From Chitinophagales bacterium (GTDB lineage Bacteria > Bacteroidota > Bacteroidia > Chitinophagales > Chitinophagaceae), in contig JBBQPX010000001.1 of assembly GCA_038216775.1 (NCBI GenBank), forward strand, positions 1 to 33,843: a stretch of 33,843 nt of DNA. Reading direction: 5' to 3'. Below, piece after piece: positions 27,364 through 33,843 of this stretch; within the stretch, counting starts at the first letter, position 1; each line of letters opens with the position of its first letter. The notes under the pieces were generated by a model that ran no database searches, was not told the origin of the DNA, and saw only the letters and a program-made list of their open reading frames with translations. Made by a program: the position numbers and the translations under genes.

Positions 27364-30300
27364 TTACAACTTTACCAGCTTTCCGCTAAAATTGGCTTGT
27401 TTTATCATCATTTTATACCAATAAATGCCGGCGGGAAGCGAACCTATATTAAACCTGCTTACTTTTTTAAATTCGGCAACAACAATCCCCTGCCCATTGT
27501 AAATAATGATATCATCTGCTAACAGCGCTACAGCATTTTGCATACAAGCAAAATTTCCTGTTGATGGGTTAGGTGCCATTACCGGCCTTAGGGTAATTTC
27601 GGGTACCGGGCCTGCAGCAACACATGATTCCATTCCTTTCTTGTAATCCGTTTCGTCCTGTAGTTTTTTTGAAACGCTACAGGTGCTGCCGTTTGATAAG
27701 GTTACTACTGCTTTTGGTGAAATAAAATCAGGTAAATCAACAACCCGCTGGTTGGAAAAAGTGTAGGTTTTATTTGCATCTTCAACCATCCAATCAAAAA
27801 CTCCGTTATTGTTTAAGGCAGTTAGTTCAATAATGCAATTGCCTTTTTTTGAAACCACGGCAACGTCAAAGTTTGCATCGCTACAGGCTGTAGGCTTTGG
27901 CTGTGCATACCAATAGTAGTTACTTATGTTTGCAAAAATGAGGCTGTAATTACTCTTTTTGGTAATTCTACAGAATTTGCCTCTGCTGTCGATAGGAATA
28001 TCGATGTAAAACAAAGCCGAATCGTTGGGGGTTGCGAATCTTGCTGTTAATTTTTTTTCTTTGCTGTCAAGAAATCCAAATTGAGCATCTATTTTTTCTG
28101 CCGATGCAAATCCATTAGTGGCTGTATAAGTGTTGCCAAAGCTAAAATAAACTCTGTTTACATTTTCAGGTACGTAGAAATATCCTGCCATTCCAATATT
28201 GTTTGGATACGTCTCTGTTGTTTTGCCAAAAAAGCCTGCGCCTTTGTAAAAAATATTTTTGTTGGTATTTATCTCCAGGTGGATTCCAGACTTATACAAC
28301 GAAGAAACGGTAAACTTATACCTGCCTGCGGCCGGAACAGAAATGTTAAGCTGCCCAGCTGCAGCGGTTTCATCAATAGTAAAATCTTTAATTACTTCCA
28401 GTGCTTTATCTGCAGATTCGACCAAAAAATTAATGTAACCCGCACCCGGCATATTAAACACGGGGGTATAATCAATCGAGAAACTGCCCGGGCCAGGTGC
28501 AATCACAAAAAATTCAACATTGTTATAAAAATTAAGTCCATTGGTATATCCCAGGTTGACAATTATTTTTTGCTGTGGAATTAAACCGGCTGATGCCATT
28601 TTATCTTTAATAACGGAAGCGTCTTCAAAATTATAACCCTTAATACTGTTGCCGTATTTTGCAAGGTCAGCGGTAAAATTATTTTCAATTTCGGATGCGG
28701 TTATTAAAGGCAGGTTACCGTTTTGGTATGCTGTGCCATTTGAAGGATTATATTGTTCACGAAAGCTGCTCCCTGGTGCATATTTAGCGTTTATCATATT
28801 TACAAGCTTAACGCTGTTAACCAACTGCATCTTATTTGTAGTGGCCAAATAAAGGCATAGTTCGGAAGCTTGGGCAGCTTTTACGTCGGCTGGCTTTATG
28901 TCGGTAGACCAGTTGTAATACAAAATTATGTAATGTACATAGGCTTTAAGTTCTCGCAGTCTTTCTTTTACTACCAAGGGCGCATTTTTAGTTTGCCCAT
29001 CAGCTTTTGCCATGTATTCCAGGTATTTTGAAATCTTGTATTTATTAGTACTGCCACCTGCAGAATTCTTCCGATCTGTCCAGAATTGAAACAAATCGTA
29101 AACTGTTTTACCAGCATCGCCAAACATATTGTCACAAAATTCCTGCATCGACTCATCAATCGGAACATTATGTAGCAGATCGTTGCTGGCCGCTAACAGG
29201 TATGGCAGGCTTATAAACTTGGTTGGCGATGTTTCCCAAACTAGGCCTTGGCTTTTTTTATCTTTAGCTATTTGTACGGTTGCTTTAAAATCGCTTAGGT
29301 AAACAGATGGAGTTTCGCCAGTCCAAATAGTAAGGTTTAAATAATTATATTCCGAAATATTTTTTGTGCGGTTGTACCAGCGGTTACGTAATCCATTTGT
29401 ACTGGTTACAAGCTGATATACGGCGGGGATAAGCTGAACATCGATATTACTGTTGATGGCAATTGAAGGCGAAGGCACATCGGCATGCTGCGAATACGCA
29501 TATATCTGAAAACGTTTATCGGGATAAACCGTATTTATTTTTTGTGCTGTATAATTAGCCAGTGTTATTTGCTGATCGCTTACTCCTGGATATGGAGTGT
29601 TTGAACATCCCATGCTATCAATAGAATTGCCCCATTGTGCGACATCCGGTACTTCTATGCCAATATTTTGGTAGCTGTATTTAAAGTTGCGAAACTGATT
29701 GGTATAGGCGGCTGGATTAATGGATAATGTATTTCTGTGCTGGGTATAATTTTGTTCAATGGCAGTTGCCCAAAAATTCATAGCGGCTGGATTATTAACA
29801 TCTGCTACCGATTGTGAGGTAGCTACCCGGCTGTTATTGCTGCATGCAACATAGCAGGGATTGTTACGTAAGGTTGTCATGTAATTGCCCGTCATAATAT
29901 CCCCACGGTGTCCGGCAAACCTGTACTCACCTGTCATTCCGTTTCGACGCTGAAATAGAGCCCATGCGTGGCCGTTATCCCCGTTATAATTGTCCCATCC
30001 GTAATCATTATTTGTATCCATAGCCCAGCGGCCATAACCACTGCTGATAAACCAACTGTTGTATTTAAAAGCAGAATTATAAATGCTGTCCATTTTTTTA
30101 TATACCGATGGAATGGTTGGAATAATTTCCCAGATGATACCTGGTTGATAAAACCTGAAGCCGAGATTTTGCAGGTATTGATAAAATCCAAAACAAAGCC
30201 CATTATCTTCAGCAGCCGAAAATTTAATAAAATTAATGCCATCACTTTCAACGCGGCAGGCGAGGTTACCTGTTATTGTGGAATCGTAATTGAAAATAAT

Positions 30301-30501
30301 ACCCGTTTGCGGCATACCCGAATATTGCGATACGGTAAACTGATTACCCGGCAAAGCTTTTGTAAACAACATAGCAGCATCTGCCGCCGTTGCTTTAAGC
30401 AGTTGGGAGGAGTAAGGTGGATAACTGATGTTTTGTGCATTAATATTAATTGCACACAGGGTAGTTACCGCTATTAAAAAGCAGTTGCGAATGAACGCCA
30501 T
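27364..30501 (-). CDS. Large T9SS-secreted protein with a DUF4838-like domain
   Basis: Signal peptide; LGFRFYQPG..WE and SDQ...AN..A......PDK.F..YAY..H..VP are DUF4838-like; C-terminal PNPSTG...IYNGQG...LPAGIY...KLVKL is a type A CTD. Confidence 0.75.
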   Translation of the reverse strand: MAFIRNCFLIAVTTLCAININAQNISYPPYSSQLLKATAADAAMLFTKALPGNQFTVSQYSGMPQTGIIFNYDSTITGNLACRVESDGINFIKFSAAEDNGLCFGFYQYLQNLGFRFYQPGIIWEIIPTIPSVYKKMDSIYNSAFKYNSWFISSGYGRWAMDTNNDYGWDNYNGDNGHAWALFQRRNGMTGEYRFAGHRGDIMTGNYMTTLRNNPCYVACSNNSRVATSQSVADVNNPAAMNFWATAIEQNYTQHRNTLSINPAAYTNQFRNFKYSYQNIGIEVPDVAQWGNSIDSMGCSNTPYPGVSDQQITLANYTAQKINTVYPDKRFQIYAYSQHADVPSPSIAINSNIDVQLIPAVYQLVTSTNGLRNRWYNRTKNISEYNYLNLTIWTGETPSVYLSDFKATVQIAKDKKSQGLVWETSPTKFISLPYLLAASNDLLHNVPIDESMQEFCDNMFGDAGKTVYDLFQFWTDRKNSAGGSTNKYKISKYLEYMAKADGQTKNAPLVVKERLRELKAYVHYIILYYNWSTDIKPADVKAAQASELCLYLATTNKMQLVNSVKLVNMINAKYAPGSSFREQYNPSNGTAYQNGNLPLITASEIENNFTADLAKYGNSIKGYNFEDASVIKDKMASAGLIPQQKIIVNLGYTNGLNFYNNVEFFVIAPGPGSFSIDYTPVFNMPGAGYINFLVESADKALEVIKDFTIDETAAAGQLNISVPAAGRYKFTVSSLYKSGIHLEINTNKNIFYKGAGFFGKTTETYPNNIGMAGYFYVPENVNRVYFSFGNTYTATNGFASAEKIDAQFGFLDSKEKKLTARFATPNDSALFYIDIPIDSRGKFCRITKKSNYSLIFANISNYYWYAQPKPTACSDANFDVAVVSKKGNCIIELTALNNNGVFDWMVEDANKTYTFSNQRVVDLPDFISPKAVVTLSNGSTCSVSKKLQDETDYKKGMESCVAAGPVPEITLRPVMAPNPSTGNFACMQNAVALLADDIIIYNGQGIVVAEFKKVSRFNIGSLPAGIYWYKMMIKQANFSGKLVKL

Positions 30502-30858
30502 AGTTTCAGTTTTAAAATGAAAAAACTATGGTCTCATCACAGAATGATCAGGATTTACAGTTATGTTATTCTTTGGTTGGGAAACACGAAATGATGGGGT
30601 AAGACATCACTTATTTCTTTGGGGAAATGTGAAAGTAGATTAATATTTTAAGATAATAAAATTTTTATTGCAAGAATTAGCTTTTGTGGGGTGAGTAGTT
30701 TCAAAAATTTATACTTTCAGCTAAAATTAAGTGTAAACTTTTTATAGATAAGCAACTTGTGCAGTTATGATAAAAAGTGAAAGGCTAAAAATCATTCTCA
30801 CGCAAATCATACAACAATCTTTAGTACTTTTTCCAATTCTTGCAAAAACAACTATCAG

Positions 30859-31701
30859 CTACCGTGCAGTTGGGCATTTGTATGTGCTGATGTTATAGGT
30901 AATGCCAATTTCTGCAATAATATATTGATCTTTTTGTTTAGCATTACCGCGTTGCCTGCCTGCAACGAATATTGTATTATTGGGATCAATTTCTTTAGAA
31001 CGATCCTGCAATAAAAGCGCTGTGGATAATGGTGTAAAGTTTGATGCTCCGGCATAAGTAGTACTCACGTCATCCAAATAATCTGTGGTAGTAAACCTGT
31101 GAGCCACTTCAAAAGACAGATTTACTTTTTCGCTAAGGTTATATTTAAAACCTACTCCCAGCGGAATACACATGGCAAGTGTACTGTAAGGTTTTCTATC
31201 CAAATACCCAACCAATTGCCCTTCGGTACCTAATGGGCGCAAAAATTCTTTACTGCCATTTGTGTAAGCATAAGGATCGTACGTAAATGCGCCTACACCT
31301 AAAGTAATATAAGGTGTAAATAAATAATCAGGATCGTTAGGTACAAATTTAAAAAAGTTAAAATCTCCTTGAATTGCCACTTCCCAAATATTTGTATTAA
31401 AGCTTAAATTTCTTGTGTGTTGATATAAATTTTTACTGTAGATATCGCTATAACCGAGTTGTGCATAGTGAGCACTTAACCTTACCCCAACATAATTGCC
31501 AAATTGTTTACGAAAGAAAATGCCTAAAGCAGGTTTTGGACGATTAATGGCGGCCCTTGTATTTAAATCTCCAAAATAATGTGCAACACCTAATGTAATA
31601 CCAAACTCACCTTTTTGAACGTATGAATAATCCTGGGATTTTACAGTACTTATACCAATGATTAACAGAAGGCAGGACAGTGCTACAATTTTGATTTTCA
31701 T
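30859..31701 (-). CDS. porG: DUF6089 / PorG-like outer membrane beta-barrel protein
   Basis: Signal peptide, YFGDL, RNLSF, LRPLGTEGQ, IPLGVGFKY and TDYLDDVS; located upstream of uppS-bamA. Confidence 0.75.
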   Translation of the reverse strand: MKIKIVALSCLLLIIGISTVKSQDYSYVQKGEFGITLGVAHYFGDLNTRAAINRPKPALGIFFRKQFGNYVGVRLSAHYAQLGYSDIYSKNLYQHTRNLSFNTNIWEVAIQGDFNFFKFVPNDPDYLFTPYITLGVGAFTYDPYAYTNGSKEFLRPLGTEGQLVGYLDRKPYSTLAMCIPLGVGFKYNLSEKVNLSFEVAHRFTTTDYLDDVSTTYAGASNFTPLSTALLLQDRSKEIDPNNTIFVAGRQRGNAKQKDQYIIAEIGITYNISTYKCPTAR

Positions 31702-31767
31702 ACTATGCAAAATAAAGAAATGTTTTGGAAAAAACGCTTTGTTAAAAATTTACTGTTTAAGGCTTTG

Positions 31768-32259
31768 TTAATCTTTTTTCTTTTCAATGCGTAAGCCAGC
31801 ACTCATCACATTTAATAATGGATTGTCTCGCATAATTTGCGAAATAGTGAAGCTGTATTTTCCTGATTGTTTAAATTTTCTGGCGCCGTTATTTAATAAA
31901 CTCCTTACCTCCCAAATATCGTTCATGCCGCTTCCATACCATCCACGGGCATCATCTCCCAAACTAAGGTTTACTTTTTGTACGTGCATGGTATCACCAG
32001 GCGGCTGCAAACCAACATTAAGCCATATGTTATTATATTGATAAGCATCTGTATGCCTTAGTACCAGGTAAATGTTATAGGGCGAGGCTGTATCAGTAAT
32101 TAAAAAATCGCCTTTAGCATAAAAATTTTGCTGCCACTCGTATTTGGGTATTGCGGTATCTTTCTCAAATATTTCAATTTGAGTACAAGCGTTAATGAGC
32201 AGCACAACTGCCACAGCAGTTAATAAAGTGTGAAATTTAGATATATTTTTTCTTTTCAT
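31768..32259 (-). CDS. gldH: Gliding motility lipoprotein GldH
   Basis: INAC lipobox, LRHTDAYQYNNIWL, GWYGSG, ISQIMR and GLRIEK. Confidence 0.9.
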   Translation of the reverse strand: MKRKNISKFHTLLTAVAVVLLINACTQIEIFEKDTAIPKYEWQQNFYAKGDFLITDTASPYNIYLVLRHTDAYQYNNIWLNVGLQPPGDTMHVQKVNLSLGDDARGWYGSGMNDIWEVRSLLNNGARKFKQSGKYSFTISQIMRDNPLLNVMSAGLRIEKKKD

Positions 32260-32283
32260 TGCTTGCAAGCCTTGATACTTTTA

Positions 32284-33159
32284 TTACAATACATTCAGCA
32301 CCTGCTCCTTTGCTTTTTCTAATTCATTTTTCATATTTACCACGCATTTTTGAATTTCTGCATCGTAAGCCTTACTGCCGGTTGTATTAATTTCCCGGCC
32401 AATTTCCTGCAAAATAAAAGATAATTTCTTTCCCTTTCCCTCATCAGCATCCTGAAATATGGATTTAAAATATTCGCAATGCTGCCGAAGTCTTATTTGC
32501 TCTTCGTGAATATCAATTTTCTCCATATAATAAATCAGCTCCTGCTCCATGCGGTTATTATCTATATTTTCTTTTCCTACATGCTTTTCCAGCAATTGAT
32601 TTATTTCGTCTTTAATTCTTTTTTTTCGATTTGGCTCTAACTTTAAAATAGCTTCCTCCTCTGTTTTTATATTATCAATGCGGCTTATCAAATCATTCTG
32701 CAGCACTGCGCCTTCATCAGTTCTGTGTTGGTTTAAATTACCAAGTGCTTCATTCAAAACTTTATTAAACTCGGCAAAATCATTTTCATTTAAAATATCA
32801 TTGGTTGGCGTAACCACTTCTGGCAGGCGCAACAATGCACTTAATACCGAATTAGTGTCGATATTCAACTCGCCTGCAAGAGTTTCTATCTGTGTGTAGT
32901 ATGCTTTAATTAAATCGGTATTTATATTAACCGGTTTAGACGTTCCATTTTGCTTAATAATCACCATGCAGTCAATTGTGCCACGTACCAAATGCTCCTG
33001 CAACTTTGTACGAATCTCAAATTCATATGGCCTTAGTAGCGGAGGTAATCGCAATTGCAATTCGAATTGTTTTCCGTTGAGTGCTTTTATTTCAACTAAA
33101 AATGTTTTTTCGCCCACTGTTTGTTCAGCTCTTCCAAACCCCGTCATTGATTTAAGCAT
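32284..33159 (-). CDS. yicC: YicC/YloC family endoribonuclease
   Basis: SMTGFG, DIHEEQIRL, QEIGREINTTGSK and KEQVLNVL motifs. Confidence 0.94.
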   Translation of the reverse strand: MLKSMTGFGRAEQTVGEKTFLVEIKALNGKQFELQLRLPPLLRPYEFEIRTKLQEHLVRGTIDCMVIIKQNGTSKPVNINTDLIKAYYTQIETLAGELNIDTNSVLSALLRLPEVVTPTNDILNENDFAEFNKVLNEALGNLNQHRTDEGAVLQNDLISRIDNIKTEEEAILKLEPNRKKRIKDEINQLLEKHVGKENIDNNRMEQELIYYMEKIDIHEEQIRLRQHCEYFKSIFQDADEGKGKKLSFILQEIGREINTTGSKAYDAEIQKCVVNMKNELEKAKEQVLNVL

Positions 33160-33268
33160 GTAGTTTTTATTTTAGGCTGCAAGTTACGGATATAGTACTT
33201 TACTAATCTCCTGTTGATTGTTAAAGGACAATTTTTATACCCACATTATCCATTGGCATATTTTATAA

Positions 33269-33760
33269 TTATTTCTGCGTTGCAGGATATTCTTCAAAAG
33301 GTTTAAAACCCATAATTCTTTCTGGCTTATCCAACCGCAAAAAACCAAATTGGGCATACAAACCATGGGCATCTTTTGTTGCCAGCATCCATCGTCTTAA
33401 ACCTTGCAACTCCGGATGATTTATAATTGTTTCCATCAACCGTTTTGACAACCCTTTTCCTCTAAAATTATCTATAATAAAAACATCTGCTAAATATGCA
33501 AAGGTTGCATAATCGGTAACTACTCTTGCAAAACCAACCTGCCTGCCGGTAGCATTTATTTGTGTTGATTCTAAAATATTTTCTACAACAAATAAACCAA
33601 AACAAAAAGAACCATCAATACTTTTTTGCACAATTTCTTTTGGGATGTTTTTAGCCCAGTATGTTTGTGTACTTAAATAATTATGAATGAATGGAACGTT
33701 CAATTTATTCTTATCTGTGCTGACAAAAAATTGCTCTTTTTCAATTTCGTAAACTTTCAT
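33269..33760 (-). CDS. GNAT family N-acetyltransferase
   Basis: QVGFARVVTD, YLADVF, RGKGL and DAHGLYAQFGF motifs. Confidence 0.92.
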   Translation of the reverse strand: MKVYEIEKEQFFVSTDKNKLNVPFIHNYLSTQTYWAKNIPKEIVQKSIDGSFCFGLFVVENILESTQINATGRQVGFARVVTDYATFAYLADVFIIDNFRGKGLSKRLMETIINHPELQGLRRWMLATKDAHGLYAQFGFLRLDKPERIMGFKPFEEYPATQK

Positions 33761-33789
33761 TTTGGTAATCTGAAAACCTGCGTTGTTTG

Positions 33790-33824
33790 CAAAATTAAAG
33801 CCCGACTTTTAAAAGTCAGGCTTT
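33790..33824 (-). promoter_or_regulatory. Terminator-like hairpin followed by a -7 promoter box for the GNAT gene
   Basis: Imperfect inverted repeat AAAGCCCGACTT/AAGTCAGGCTTT at 33797-33824, then minus-strand TAATTTTG at 33790-33797. Confidence 0.55.
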
Positions 33825-33843
33825 ATATATATATGGGTTAGTA

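Noticed and set aside
28081-30477. Antisense ORFs of 167 and 169 aa, and similar short antisense ORFs across the window
   Set aside because: Fully nested opposite well-supported genes, with no recognisable motifs.

Overview
Bacteroidota (most likely Chitinophagaceae-like, gliding, T9SS-positive) chromosomal window, almost entirely housekeeping and mostly on the minus strand. It holds a DUF389 fragment and nhaA, then NAD kinase, an Omp85 paralog, a CBS protein, a hydrolase, CvpA, YqeY, gldC, a GT4, a HlyC/CorC protein, gmk, murA, DUF4290, VanZ, gcvH, a cyclophilin, a glutathione peroxidase, an ALDH, tadA, sodA, yidD-rnpA-rpmH (rpmH was missed by the ORF track), murI-skp-skp-bamA-uppS, porG/DUF6089, gldH, yicC and a GNAT. 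I see no rRNA, tRNA, CRISPR array, transposase or prophage, and no complete novel multi-gene system that I can support. The best leads are: (1) a family of five intergenic REP-like palindromes, two of them identical over 24 bp and one with a hairpin inserted in its loop; (2) a 1045-aa DUF4838-like T9SS cargo sitting between porG and uppS, with a repeat- and uORF-containing leader; (3) a protein that is only a signal peptide plus a T9SS C-terminal domain; (4) a secreted YD-like repeat gene bracketed by REPs and a 10-bp direct repeat; (5) TAnnTTTG promoters 4 nt from an ATG, suggesting leaderless mRNAs; (6) a terminator plus an ATG-TAA-TTG start-stop element in front of rnpA. All family calls come from motif recognition, not from database searches.
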